Below are positions 1-12,880 of a stretch of DNA of 64,000 nt, in pieces. Both the position numbers and the translations under genes were made by a program. Under the pieces are notes generated by a model. That model searched no databases and was not told the origin of the DNA. It saw only the letters and a program-made list of their open reading frames with translations. Position 1 is the first letter of the stretch. The number at the start of each line of letters is the position of its first letter. Source of the stretch: Leucoraja erinacea. Taxonomy: Eukaryota. The stretch is taken from assembly GCF_028641065.1 (NCBI RefSeq), contig NC_073400.1:29388001-29452000 (forward strand). Reading direction: 5' to 3'.

Positions 1-332
1 TTTTTCGCTACCACACATATAAATGATTAGCTATTTAGGTAAGATTCATAACAATAGACTAGGTCATAACCTGATAAGAGTGTGTATTTTTCCATCCTTC
101 AAAGTGTTGATAGCTCTTGTCAATATATTAATCTGATAAAGATAATAATAGCTCTGTCAAGCTATTGTTCAAATAAAGACACATTCTAGTTTGTCAGGAA
201 TATATTGGACTAAAGAAAGGGTAGCAGATGAGTAAAGTCTAAGATTTATTACAAATCGATACTGCTGAAGGAGACTCAATTTGCAAAACTAAATTGGGCA
301 AAGGAGATCCTGCCATGAAATGTCGTGTTATT

Positions 333-612
333 GGGTGAATTAGGAAAGGGGCAGGTCAAGGGGGAATTAGGAGGCGGCACCAGTCAATTAGGAATTAGGA
401 GATGGCACAAGTAAATGGGAAATTAGGAGATGGCAGCAGTCAATGGGGAATTAGGAGATTAAACCACACAAGGGGGAATTAGGAGAGGGCACTACTAAAT
501 GGGGAATTAGGAGAGGGCACTACTAAATGGGGAATTCGGAGCGGATCAGTCAATGGGAATTAGAACACTAGTAAATAGGGAATTTGAAGAGGGCACCAGT
601 AAATGGAGATGG
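333..612. repeat. Minisatellite with a unit of about 28 bp (GGGGAATTAGGAGAGGGCACTACTAAAT), about 10 degenerate copies
   Basis: Recurring gaattaggag core at about 28-nt spacing. Confidence 0.85.
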
Positions 613-1020
613 TCCAGTTAATGGGTTTTAGAGTTGGCTTTATTATTTAGGGAAAAGATTGCATGGTTTACAGGAAACAAGGAATCATTTTTTTTGTTGT
701 TGGCAAGATGTGATTCTGCTAATGGGATTCATGCTGAGGACCCAACTTTGGGTACAAATGTTTTGGGTATAAGCACCATATGGTTGCTAAATTTAATGTT
801 ACACAAATATGTCAGGGAATTAAGTTGTGAAGAGGACACTCAAAAGCTATGAAGAGATATGGATAAGATGGTGAAGAGCAAATAGTGAATTATATGGTAT
901 ATGATGTGAGAAAAAGTTATCAATTTTGGCCAAAAAAATGTAATATCATTAATAATTGTCCTCTGAGATGTAGAGGCTTCTGGGTGTTTCAGTGTATGAC
1001 TCACAAAAGACAAGTGCATA

Positions 1021-1663
1021 CATCGCCCTCCAGAATGTTTGGGACAAAGACCCATCATTTATTTATTTGCCTCTGTACTCCACAATTTGAGATTTGTAAT
1101 AGAAATAAATTAACATGTGGTTAACGTGCACATTGTCAGATTTTATTAAAGGTAATTTTAATACATTTTACAGCTGTATTTATACATAATCCCCCCTCCC
1201 CCCATTTCAGGGCACCATAATGTTTGGGACACATGGCTTCACAGGCGTTTGTAATTGCTCAAGGCTTGTTTAATTGCATCCTTAATACCGGCATAAGAGA
1301 GCTCTCAGCACCTTGACTTTCCTCCAGTCTTTCCATCAAAAAACTTTTGGAAACTTTTATTGCTGTTTATCAACATGAGGACCAAAGTTGTGCCAATGAA
1401 AGGCAAAGAAGCTATTATGAGTTTGAGAAACAAGAATAAAACTGTTAGAGACATCAGCCAAACCTTGGATTTACCAAAATCAACTGTTTGGAACATCATT
1501 AAGAAGAAAGAGAGCACTGGTGAGCTTACTAATCGTAAAGGGACTGGCAGGCCATGGAAGATCTCCACATCTGATGACAAGAATTATCTCTGTATAATAA
1601 AGAAAAAAACCCAAACACCTGTCCAACAGATCAGAAACACGCTTCGGGAGTCAGGTGTGGAAT
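1021..1663 (+). mobile_element. Tc1/mariner transposon 5' fragment
   Basis: Preceded by TA; repeated aatgtttgggaca motif (IR/DR-type end). The ORF encodes an HTH (RDISQTLDLPKSTVWNII) and a GRP motif; the catalytic domain is missing. Confidence 0.85.
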
Positions 1664-2395
1664 TGGGGGGGGGCGGGGGGGTGGGGGGGTGGAGAGTCCC
1701 CCAACCCTGATTGGCCCTCACCACTCCCTGCCTTGTGCCCAAACACCAGGATTGTGGGACCAAAATGCAACCAGAACTTAATGAGCAGCCCCTTCAGATA
1801 TTGGTGGAGGGGCAGCAACCTCGTTAATGTTGGCAACGTCCCATTGTGATGTCAATGTGGCAGTCGGCAGCCAGCTTGAGAGCCCATTGTGATTGGTGCA
1901 CTGTGAGAGGCATTGTGACATCACTGTGAGAAGGCTGGAAGCTGTCATTATGAAGGCGGTTTTGGCTGTTTATTTTAAATTTCAACGATTAATAACTTCG
2001 GAAATATAGGTGGAAATGCGAGGGGAAGATGTTTATCGCCTCCGCGGGAAAAATGTGAGTAGGATGTGTGAAAATGGGAAGGCTGCGGCCTAGCGTTTGG
2101 AAGAAAATAATAATTAACCAGACAGACATACACACACAGACACAAACAAGATGAAGACTTTTAGTTATATACTAGACTAAGTGGGACCCGTTGGGTCCCA
2201 GCATCACATGGGAGGGCTGGTCCACTAACGCAATATTCCACCTCTCCACGAATTTCAATATTGGTGGCTAGTGGGGGGGGGGGGGGGCAGCGTTTTTCTA
2301 AAATCAATATACAGAACAACAGGAAGTGGTCAAGATCAGACTTTTAGTGATAAAGATATATATACACATATAAAAACAAACAAACAATAATAGTG

Positions 2396-2950
2396 CTATA
2401 ATAACAATAATAGTCTATGCAGGTTGGTGTTTAATAGCCTAATGGCAGTGGGAAAGAAGCTGCTCCTGAACCGGGACGTTACAGTTTTCATGCTCATGTA
2501 CCTTCTTCCCGATGGCAGGAGTGAAATCAGATCATGGCCAGGATGGTGTGAGTCTCTGATAGTGTTGGCTGTCTGTTTGAGGCAGCAACTCCGGTAAATC
2601 CTTTTGATGATGGGGACATCAGAACCCATGATGGGCCGGTCAGTTTTCACAACTTTTCGCAGTCCTCATCACTCCTGGGCATTCATGTTGCCAAACCAGG
2701 CCGTGATGCACCAGTCAATAAGCTCTCTATTGTACACCTGTAGAAGTGCACAAGAATCCTCTCGGACATACTGAATCTCTGCAATCTGCCAGGAAGTAGA
2801 GGCATTGATGGGCTTTCTTTACATCAGTGTGCTGGGTCCAGGAAAGATCTTCAGAATATGCACGCCCAGGAATTCGAAGCTTTTGACTCTATCCACGATC
2901 GTCCCATAGATATAGGCAGGTTTGTGGGTCCTCACCTTCCTCTTCCAAAG
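2396..2950 (-). mobile_element. Rex1/Babar-type LINE 3' fragment
   Basis: DSHHPGHDLISLLPSGRRY ... SFFPTAIRLLN C-terminal signature. Confidence 0.8.
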
Positions 2951-3469
2951 TTGTTTATTTACATTTTAGGAAGAGGTAAATAGAGATTTGATTTTAAAAA
3001 ATGAGCGAAAGGTTGCGACAAGAATATTGAGTTGAATTTACAATCAGAGCAGCCATGACTTGAACACTGTTCCGTTATCACAGCTGAGGAATTTAGGTGC
3101 TTTGACATTGACACTTCTGCCCTAAAGAAGTCACAATGGACATTAAGGAAGAAGGTGATAGGTACATCTGGAGGTGTAAACTTGAAAAGAACATGACAAA
3201 ATGGTGTTGAACTATCAGGCTACCACAATGAAAGATAGACCATCCAGCCCACTGCCTGAGGTGGCAGCTGTGCAGTAAAATATTATGAAGTCTTGATGCC
3301 TGAGAAGAAAAACATGATGGAAGACAAACAGATGCTCTTTATGTTAGGACTGGAGACACAAGAGACTGGTGATGCTAGAACCTGGAGCAAAAAACGAACA
3401 AGCTGCTGGGGGCAGCATTTGTGGAGCCAAAAGGATAAATTGAAAAGACTAGGCTTGTATAATATGAGG

Positions 3470-3921
3470 AAAGATTGAAAAGACTAGGCTTGTATTCACT
3501 GGAGTTTAGAAGGATGAGGGGGAATCTTATAGAAACATATAAAATTATAAAAGGACTGGACAAGCTAGATGCAGGAAAAATGGTCCCAATGTTGGGCGAG
3601 TCCAGAACCAGCGGCCACAGTCTTAGAATAAAGGGGAGACCATTTAAGACTGAGGTGAGAAAACACGTTTTCACCCAGAGTTGTGAATTTATGGAATTCC
3701 CTGCCACAGAGGGCAGTGCTGGCCAAGTCACTGGATGGATTTCAGAGAGAGTTAGATAGAACTCTAGGGGCTAGTGGAGTCAAAGGATATGGGGAGAAGG
3801 CAGGCAGGCACGGGTTATTGATAGGGGACGATCAGCCATGATCACAATGAATGGCGGTGCTGGCTCGAAGGACTGAATATCCTTCTCCTGCACCTAGTTT
3901 CTATGTTTCTTTGTTTCTATG
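3470..3921 (+). mobile_element. CR1 LINE 3' fragment
   Basis: LGLYSLEFRRMRGNLIETYKI; TTTCTATG tail. Confidence 0.9.
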
Positions 3922-6000
3922 ATAGTGGTTTCAGGTAGAGACTCTGTATCAGGTTAGGGATCAAGCTTTAGAAGTGTGAATGCAGATGAATAGAATGCAG
4001 AGACAAGGCTTATTCTTGTGATTTAGGGAACGTTTAGAAACTTTTTTGTGCTTTAGTGTCCAACAACTGATCATTCTGGTGCAAAGTGCAGAGGCTGATA
4101 ACTAACCCAAATTCCAAAGCCCTTGTGTATAACTAAAGATCAACATTAAAAGTAACGCAGAATATTTTTTGCACAATTAAGCATACAATCTTGGTCAATG
4201 GAAGGACTGAATAATTAGCAAATGTTTGTACCTAAGCTTCCAGAACACAATCAGAAGATCTCACTTCATTATTGATCTCCTTGACTATTTTCTGTGCATG
4301 GAATTACATTCATCGATCTGTATAAGGCACCTTTTGAAGATATTAATTTAAATTGTTGACTTGATTGTGTCGGTTGCTGTAAATTGAAGACCCATTTTTA
4401 GCTTAAATAGTCCTTATTTTACCTTGTGTTACAAATTTGTTAAGAGTTATAAATGACATGAAAATTAAGGTTTCACTTGCTGTACTGTTAAAAGACGATC
4501 AGTTTGTGTCTTTGTTAGTGATGCTTTTGGTGTGCTATTACAATGAGATAGCATGGTTACAATCTAAAATACATACTCCAACTAATTAAAGGTCACCAAC
4601 TCTCTTGTGAAATTATATATAACAATATTTGTGTACCCAAGTACTAAGAATTCGCACTTGTGGTGACAGTTAGCTCTGACTCACCATGTCAGAGTGGGCT
4701 TAGGTGCCCAGGAAATAGTCCTTCGTGATTTTGCATTAACTTCCATATATAACTTCCTACCTCATGTGGCATGCCATTTTCAGTATTTCCTACCACCATT
4801 ATTTATAACTACATATAATTTCATCAACCATCTGCTGGGATGAGTCAAAATTCTGCCCAGTTTTCAAAAGCAACAAATTTCAAAACATGGTCTGGACTGG
4901 CTCTGCCGCACTGGTACACAACACTGTCTCAACATTGTTTTCCTCCAGTTTCAGCAAGAAACATTTATTTTTAGGTTAGTTATTAATTTTGCAATTGATT
5001 GATCTTTTTAAATGACGACTTGACTTTAATGGAACGGAAATGGGGTAAAAATCAACCATGACCTCAGTAAATGGGCGTACATCAATTCCTTACCCCTGTT
5101 CCTACATCTTAGAGTAAATCACTTTATTTAGCTTTAGCTAGGTCACAGACTGAGTAAGCAAACGCAGTTAAACTCTAAAAAGTGTTCAATTCATCCCTCC
5201 AAATGGGTGGCACAGTGGCACAACTGGTAGACCTGCACCTCACAATGCCAGAGATCTTGACATCTGGTGATGTCTGTGTGGAGTTTGCTTGTTCTCCCTG
5301 TGACTGCAGGTTGTCTCTGGCGGATCCTGATCTCAGGTGCTGTCTATGTGGTGACCATGTGGGTTTCCTCTGGCTGAATTCACATCATCTTTGCAAAGCG
5401 GATGCAACAGTGATTCCCAACACAAGCTTCAGTACTTCTCTCCTTCCTGAGAAAACAAAATAGCAAATACTTCTATGCTCAGCTTTAAATCATTTCTGAT
5501 CTATTCCATGTAGCTTTTATTTTGACTGTCTTTCATCTGGCACTTTGCCAAATCTCCTTGGCATTCTCAGTATATAACAAACACATTACCATCTTGCACT
5601 CAAGCTAAAGTTTTCACACTGAAAAGCACAAAGCATATTCACTGTTTGTGTGAAAAACTATATCTAATTATCTGAGGGTTTTTTTTAACATTGTCGTCGT
5701 ACTTATTTTATTTGACTGGATGTAGATGTCTACTCTCCATCTCCATCATGGCGATGCAGGTGTCACTGGCCAGGGGAGTATTCAATACTGTCAATAATTG
5801 CTCATTAGAAATGGTGAGTCACCTGTAAGCGGTATTCTAAAAGGGATTTAGCAAAAGCACTTCAAAGACCAGTGCTGCAAGTACGATAGTCCTGGTGTTT
5901 TCAGGAATTTGCCCCATTGACAATGAAGGCAGTGACTTGAAAGGGAACATGGAGCTGATGCCTTAACCAGATGCCCGCTGCCCTTAACTTTTAGTTCTCG

Positions 6001-6288
6001 TTTTAGTTTTAGAGATACAGTGCCCTTCGGCCCACCGAGTCTACACCGACCAGCGATTCCCGTACATTAACACTGTTCTACACACTCTAGGGTCAATTAA
6101 TATTTTTACCAAGCCAATTAACCAACAAACCTGTGCGTCTTTGAAGTGTGGGAGGAAACCAAAGTTCTCGGAGAAAACCCACGCAAGTCACTGGTAGAAC
6201 GTACAAACTCCGTACAGACCGCACCCGTAGTCAGGATCAAATCCGGGTCTCCAGCGCTGTAAGGCAGCAGCTCTACCGCTGCGCCACC
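6001..6288 (-). mobile_element. tRNA-derived SINE (other copies at about 20930-21243, 34830-35090, 39995-40180, 42650-42990, 44995-45230)
   Basis: GGTGGCGCAGCGGTAG A-box and B-box-like head; (CTAAA)n tail. Confidence 0.75.
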
Positions 6289-8376
6289 ATTGTCTTTGTC
6301 ATCGGCACCTTGCCAACCATTATCATTCTATAACCAGTAGAGGCAGCAGATTTAGAATCATAGTTACACAGCATGGAAACAAGACCTTCAACCCAACTGA
6401 CCAAGATATCTAGCTTAGCTAGTCCCATTTACCTGCGTTTTGCCTTTCAATTTTATCTATTCATGTTCCTGTTCAAATGTCCTTAAACATTGCAATTGTA
6501 ACAATCATTACAGCTTCCTCTGGCTGTTCATTAATGTATCTACCTTCCTCAGAGTGTAAAAGGTTGTCCCTCAGGTCCTTTCTAAATCTTTCCCCTCTCT
6601 ATACTACAATAACCTCACAAAACAGTATGATAAAACCACTTTAACTCGGCCCTTCATGATTTTAAAAGGAGGGGTTGCTAAATATATTTTATTGGTTTAC
6701 TGCAACGCCTTTTGTAGATAATGTATTCTATAGCCTTAGAGTATTGGCAATGGGGCGAATGAATGTCCAAAATAATATTTTCGCTTATTTTGAAGTGGGT
6801 TGTTTTATCCTCAAGACTACCTGAATGGCAGAGTCGTTTTGATACTTGCAATTCTATGAAATTGTGTAGGATAAATGGCATAGACAAGATTAGTAAGTCC
6901 ACTAGACCATGGCAGCGTAACACACTATATTAATGAACTTGGGCATGGCAGATGGTATACAGTGTGGAAATATTTGACATTGGCAGGAAAAATATTTGCT
7001 TTTTTTTTTAATAGTGAGGGGCAAAAAAATGTTTATTTCCTCAGGACTCTGGGTGACCCTCTACACAAATCATAAAATTAATGTGCAGGTACAGGAAGCA
7101 GGAAGAGAGGGGGGCGGAACAAAGCCTGACAGGTTGTAGGTGTAACAGTGATGGTAGGTTCAGCAAGTGTAAGCGCTGTGCGAAAATTCACTCCTTCACT
7201 GTAAGTTCCGAGTGGTGGTTCATGTGGCTTGTAAAAATGCTGAGGCATTGTTAACAGTATCGTGGTGTACTTTACAGCCGGCAGTAGCATCTGCGGTCAG
7301 TGCATTTATATTTCCCTGGGTCTTGCAGCAATCAAAGAGTTCTTCTATGTGTACAGAAAGGCCGTTTTTGATCGGATTACATACCTTGAAGAAATATTAC
7401 ACCTTGTTGCTTATTAGTATAAATGGGATTTGTAATACAGATTATACAGACGTCTGTAATCTCCAAATACCTTCACTTTAGTGTCATGGTCACCTAGAAA
7501 ATGGTACTAAAGCAACATTGGCTTAGGAATTTTTAATGCATATCACATTATTTTTACCTGCAATGTGTACGATGGAACTATTGTAAGGAGATAGCTGATC
7601 GCCGCATATTCATTGGGCTAAAAGGACTGTTTCCAGACTGTATCTCTAAGGTCTAGTCTTGAGAAGATTCCTAGATCGGAGGATACAGTAATAAGCAAAG
7701 ATGCAGCGAGGTTTCAACCATTTGTCTGAAAACAGCCGTGAATATTGTTTCTGGTGGATTTGCTGCATAGACTGAGCAACTGGGTCATTTGGGCCATCTT
7801 TTTATTTTTATTGAAAAGAAGATAAAATTAATGTGTAACCAAATTTGTTGCAAATATCGGTGATAATTGTTATTGTAATCAGGCTCAAGTGCATTAAACC
7901 AACCTAACTGCAACATAATAATTTATTGGTTGATTAACTCCATCTATTGAATGTTGTGAGGATTACATTCAAATACATTTCAAGCTCAATGATTCTTCGT
8001 CTTCCAGGTGCTTTTGAAAGATATTGAATATTTTTCTCTTTTGTTTAAATATTTGATTTAGATTAGATTCAGTGCAGGAGTAAAATATATCAGTGCGTGT
8101 CTGATTTTTCTCCATGGAACCTGTGTCTTTTCCAGTGTCTGGATTTCTGTCACCTCCAACTCTCTCGTCTTGGGGATTCCATCATTGTCCTGTGAGTCTA
8201 TCCTCCCACTCTATATATTTGCCATGAAAACACTCTCTCTAATTCAGTCTAGGTTGGATCTAGTGAATAAATAAGTGTTAATGTTTGATCCTTCTCTCTC
8301 GAAAACCTGTGTCCATCCCTGTACCTGGATTTCTTTCATCACAGATCTCACTTATCTTCAATGTTCCATGACTCTT

Positions 8377-8514
8377 NNNNNNNNNNNNNNNNNNNNNNNN
8401 NNNNNNNNNNNNNNNNNNNNNNNNNNNNNNNNNNNNNNNNNNNNNNNNNNNNNNNNNNNNNNNNNNNNNNNNNNNNNNNNNNNNNNNNNNNNNNNNNNNN
8501 NNNNNNNNNNNNNN
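8377..8514. other. Assembly gap (138 N)
   Basis: Run of N. Confidence 1.
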
Positions 8515-8808
8515 GAATTAACATCATCAGTCATTCAAGCAACATGGCAATCAGCCTCAAATAAACTAGGACGTACATCAAGTGAAGTATGGGTGTGTCA
8601 ATCTTCAACAGAGCAAGGAACTGTGGTTCTCTGGTACAATTCATCGGCTTTGGTAAGTTTTACTTCATAAATTGATGATCATAAGTTGTAGGAGCAGGTT
8701 AGGCCATTCGACCCATCAAGTCTACTTTGCCATTCAATCATGGCTGATCTATCTTTCCCTCTCAACTCCATTATCCTATGTTCTCCCCATAACCCCTGAC
8801 ACCCTTAG

Positions 8809-9034
8809 GCCCCTGTCCCACTTAGGAAACCTGAACGGAAACCTCTGGAGACTTTGCGCCCCACCCAAGGTTTCCGTGCGGTTCCCGGAGGTCGCAGGTG
8901 GTTGCCGGAGGTTGCAGGTAGTGGAAGCAGGTAGGGAGACAGATAAAAACCTCCGGGAACTGCACGGAAACCTTGGGTGGGGCGCAAAGTCTCCAGAGGT
9001 TTCCGTTCAGGTTTCCTTAAAGTGGGACAGGGGC
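8809..9034. mobile_element. MITE with terminal inverted repeats of about 80 bp (PIF/Harbinger-like ends)
   Basis: gcccctgtcccact ... agtgggacaggggc; long near-perfect arms; inserted in a CR1 end. Confidence 0.8.
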
Positions 9035-9564
9035 ACTACTAATTAAGAACCTGTCAATCTATGCCTTTAAAGTATCAATTCACCTGGCCTCCACAACCAT
9101 CTGTGGCAATTAATCCCACAACTACACCAACCTCAGACTAAAGAAATTCCTCTTCATATCCTTTCTAAAGGTACGTCCTTTTATTCTGAGGCTATGGCCT
9201 CTGGTCCGAGAATCTCCCACTAGTGGAAACATCCTCTCCATTATTCACTTTATCCAGGCCTTTCAGTATTCGGTAAGTTTCATGAAGGAAATTTGATAAA
9301 AAATAATATGGTCCATATATTTTCGACACCATTCATCTCTTTTTGTGAACCTGCCTGGGCTGTGCAATAACCACTCCCGACTCCTAGAAGGTGAGATATA
9401 AAACTCATTTTAGGCTCACACAAAATGCTGGAGAAACTCAGCGGGTGAGATAGCAGCTATGGTTTAGTTTGTGGATGATTAGTTTTAGGTTGTTAGTTCT
9501 GAGGAACAACATTTGAGCAATTGACCAAAACTGAGCGGCTGACCTGGTCTCTGCTACGTGAACA

Positions 9565-9601
9565 ATATGGATTCGGTTGCTTCTCATTTGTTCGCTGCCC
9601 G
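9565..9601 (+). pseudogene. Inverted, start-lost leader exon of the same receptor family
   Basis: ATA TGG ATT CGG TTG CTT CTC ATT TGT TCG CTG CCC G|gtgagtgaaagcc aligns with the other leaders; ATG has become ATA and the strand is opposite. Confidence 0.7.
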
Positions 9602-10859
9602 GTGAGTGAAAGCCGGACCCAGTCGTTCTGATAATCAGTTTGAGACTCGAATATTGTTTTCACGGCAGAAATTGTTAGATATGTGTGGATGCAAGGAACG
9701 GCAGATGCAGGGGTTTTCAAAAGAAAAACACAAAGTGCTGGAGTAACAAAAGAGGGTCAAGTAACAGCTATGCACAATGGGGATATGTGACATTTTGGTT
9801 CGGGATGTTGCCACAATGCGTGGACTTGTAAAGGCAGAACATCAAACTCAGGTGCATTATGGCGTAGTCTTCTCATGTCTCTTTGATCTGCACCATTCTG
9901 CTAGATAAATAATCGCCAGTACGTCTGAGATTCCACCATAAATTATGGATATTTAAATAGGCTCCGAACTATACAGACTCGGGGGCGATATTTGTGACTT
10001 TGCAATATTATTGTTTGTTGATTTGTCTATTTGTGTTTTTATAAATATACTGGACTTTGTGTTGTTGTTTATTATGCGTTTTACAGAACACTGTGTTTTA
10101 CAGCGTACTGTAAAATATTAAGTAAGAATATAATTGTGAGGTTTCAAAACATATGACAATAAAATACTCTTGACTGTTGACTAGATTCATACGCCAGTGG
10201 CATAAATCCAAGGTGAAAATTGTCTTCCTAAAAAGGAGTTTTTGTAATGTTCTCCAGGTTTCACTGAAGTGGAACTAATCGCTCAAATATTTGTTTCTCT
10301 AGTTCTTAATTGTTCTTAATTGTTATGTTCTTTAACATACAGTCGATGAAATGTTTTATGATCTTATTCCCTTCACCATCTTTGTCTCTAACTGTGAACT
10401 CTGGTCTAGGGTTCAAGTTCCTGTTCGGGCTTTCACTTTTACACAAGGCTTTGTTATAGACAAGTTTTGAATAGGGATAGACAGCATGGTTTCCTACGTA
10501 GGATATCATGTCTGGAGTATCTCAGTGAGTCATGCAACATCTCTGGAGGTCATGGACAGGTATTTTCCCGGCTGGGACCCTTCTTCAAACTGATGGTGAG
10601 TGGAAGGATGCTGGCAGAGAGGTGGAGCAAGACAAAGCCTGGTATGTAATAGGTGGATAGAGGTGAGGGGTGGGGGAAATGAATAAGGGGTATGAATTAG
10701 AGATTTGGACAGGTAGCCACTCAGCCACGGCCGTCGGTCAACACATTGCCGTCTGGAATTTGTCCCTTATTTTGACCTTTTGTCCCTTATTTGGGAGTGA
10801 GAAAGTTGGCAACCCTAGTTGCGCCGAAATATCCTATTGCTATAGGATCTTTGGTTGCG

Positions 10860-12140
10860 CCTCTGTGGCAGTGTTGTGCATCACGAGGTATGGGTGTGGC
10901 ACACGGATGTGTCTGCCACGGATGTAACCTGAGCGTTGGCGATTCTCGGTAAAGGATCTTTGCTGAGAAGCTAATTCCTATTTACTTGCTCAACGTTGCA
11001 GTGTGGAACCGATGGGCGCTGCAAACCAACATATTTTCAGCATTTTGACCCATGATTTCGCGAAACACCATTCCAACGAACTGCTCACAGGATGCGGTCC
11101 AGAGATACGAATGTACACACCCTCGTTTCAACAGCTCGATCAAAGTGTCAGCACTGCAGAACTATTCAGTGTAAAGAAATAAATAACTGTTTGAACATAT
11201 TAGATTAAAGTACATTCCAAGCCAGTACCCACCTCTAAAAACAACTTTGGTGTCTGAAGAATGGTCTCGACCCGAAACCTCACCCATTATTTCTCTCCAG
11301 GGTCCCTGCCCGGTCCGCCGAGTTACTCCAGCGTTTTGTGTCTGTTTCTCTGTGGCATCTCAGACCGTTTATCTCTCACTATCTTTCTCTGTGGCATCTC
11401 AGACACGTTTATCTTATCTGTGAGGCACTGTGGGATGTCTTGCAGTGGGGAAAGGCTCTAATTCAAGACCATTCCTCCCATTAGACCATTAATAAGCTCG
11501 CGTTGAACAGGCCAGGCAGCATCAGTGTGACCACAGACTCTGCAAGTATCTCTGGCTATTCAGCACCCCTCGGATATCCCTGACCTGGGAGTTTGTAAGT
11601 TCAAAGCAAAGATTCTATAGCAAGCTGTGGACCCGATATATGATCTTTGGTTCAAAGCAGCCCCTGGTCTCATTTCCTCGTGTCCCCGTTTATTGTGTGA
11701 AGAACATTGGCCATTGTCTGTGAGGCTTTTACCCGAAACTTTATTTGACTCTTTCCTAACTTTATAGTCGTGACTCCGTTATTGCAGGTCACCATTTCCA
11801 AATGTTCAAATAACACCCTTCACAGTTCTTTCATGGCGGGGTTACAGTCACAAGTCAGACTGATGAAAGCAACACAATGTATTTGCAGTTTCACACCCCG
11901 CGCTTTGCAAGCTGCAACTCAGCCATTTTGTTCTGCACAAGAAAAGACTTGCACTATTTATGGACCTTTGCACGGTGGACAAATTGAATTTGAGCTCGTT
12001 TCTGCATTAAAATGTTTTTCAATATTACTGAACTCAAAGGACGCGAACGTGGGCATATATACAACTAGTGTGAAAGAGTTGATTGCTGGTTGATGTGGAC
12101 TGGTTGGGCCGAATGGTCTGTATCCATGCTGCATGTTTCA
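10860..12140. repeat. Intergenic spacer block of the cluster unit (approximate ends)
   Basis: Homologous blocks at about 19900-21450, 31320-32130 and 57370-58600. Confidence 0.75.
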
Positions 12141-12440
12141 AGCACTCAATCAAAATAAAGTTACATTTCAGGAAATGATATCTGCGGATGTTGGATGCGC
12201 TCAGCGTGTCAGGCAGTATCTGTGGATATTTAAATAACGCTAATATTCAGAAAAATGTTGTTGCCTCATTTTGTTCTCATGGGATAGCACGGTTTGAAAG
12301 ATGAATTGATTGCCTTTCCTTAACGTCCCGAACCATTGGCTACAGGTGGAATATCAGCACTCTGAATGCAATCGGTTCCACATCACTAAAGTTTCAGTCA
12401 AAATAAAGCAAATGAGACAAACTTTCATTGACAGCAACAG

Positions 12441-12446
12441 TTTATT
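12441..12446 (-). terminator. Candidate polyadenylation signal, gene A
   Basis: AATAAA at the homologous position in genes B (22462-22467) and D (59319-59324). Confidence 0.5.
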
Positions 12447-12745
12447 ATGAAGCATTCATATCATCTGCATTATTATTCATTTAATTGAAGAAAAAAAACT
12501 ATTCCAGTAAATTGAATGCCCAGAACAGAGTTTAACAGGGTTAGTTAACTAGAGCAGTTGGAAACTATGCTACGGTTAGGTAATTGCACTAACTTGACGA
12601 TAGAAACTTTGGGGGAGGTGAGGAAAAATAAGATCAGAGCGGGGACCGGGTTTTGGAAACAGACCTGGTCTTGACTTCCGGCAACCTTGCTTTGAAGTCA
12701 CTTTCATGAAATCAATGGTTTATAGACAAGAGACATATATTCTGA

Positions 12746-12880
12746 TCAATTGATAGCAATTGACAAAGCTGGGTGATATATATTTGATTGCTGTGCAGAA
12801 TTCCTTCGATGTTGGTGCAAGCTAGGAGTCTCCATTGTAATTGGTGGACCGTGTGTCGAGGTTCTGAATTCATCGCGTTT
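12746..12880 (-). CDS. Gene A terminal exon (KRDEFRTST ... SIAIN*)
   Basis: Same acceptor as in genes B and D; longer tail in the TM-exon frame. Confidence 0.6.
   Translation of the reverse strand, partial: KRDEFRTSTHGPPITMETPSLHQHRRNSAQQSNIYHPALSIAIN

Noticed and set aside
333-612. CRISPR-like array
   Set aside because: Degenerate head-to-tail minisatellite without unique spacers, in vertebrate DNA
1690-2360. Helitron-type non-autonomous element
   Set aside because: Suggestive ends (CTAG, GGGACCC...GGGTCCC hairpin), but boundaries and class cannot be supported without a library search
6200-6288. tRNA gene
   Set aside because: tRNA-like head of a multi-copy SINE
7078-7481. Coding exon of a neighbouring gene
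   Set aside because: No recognisable motif and no convincing splice-site pair
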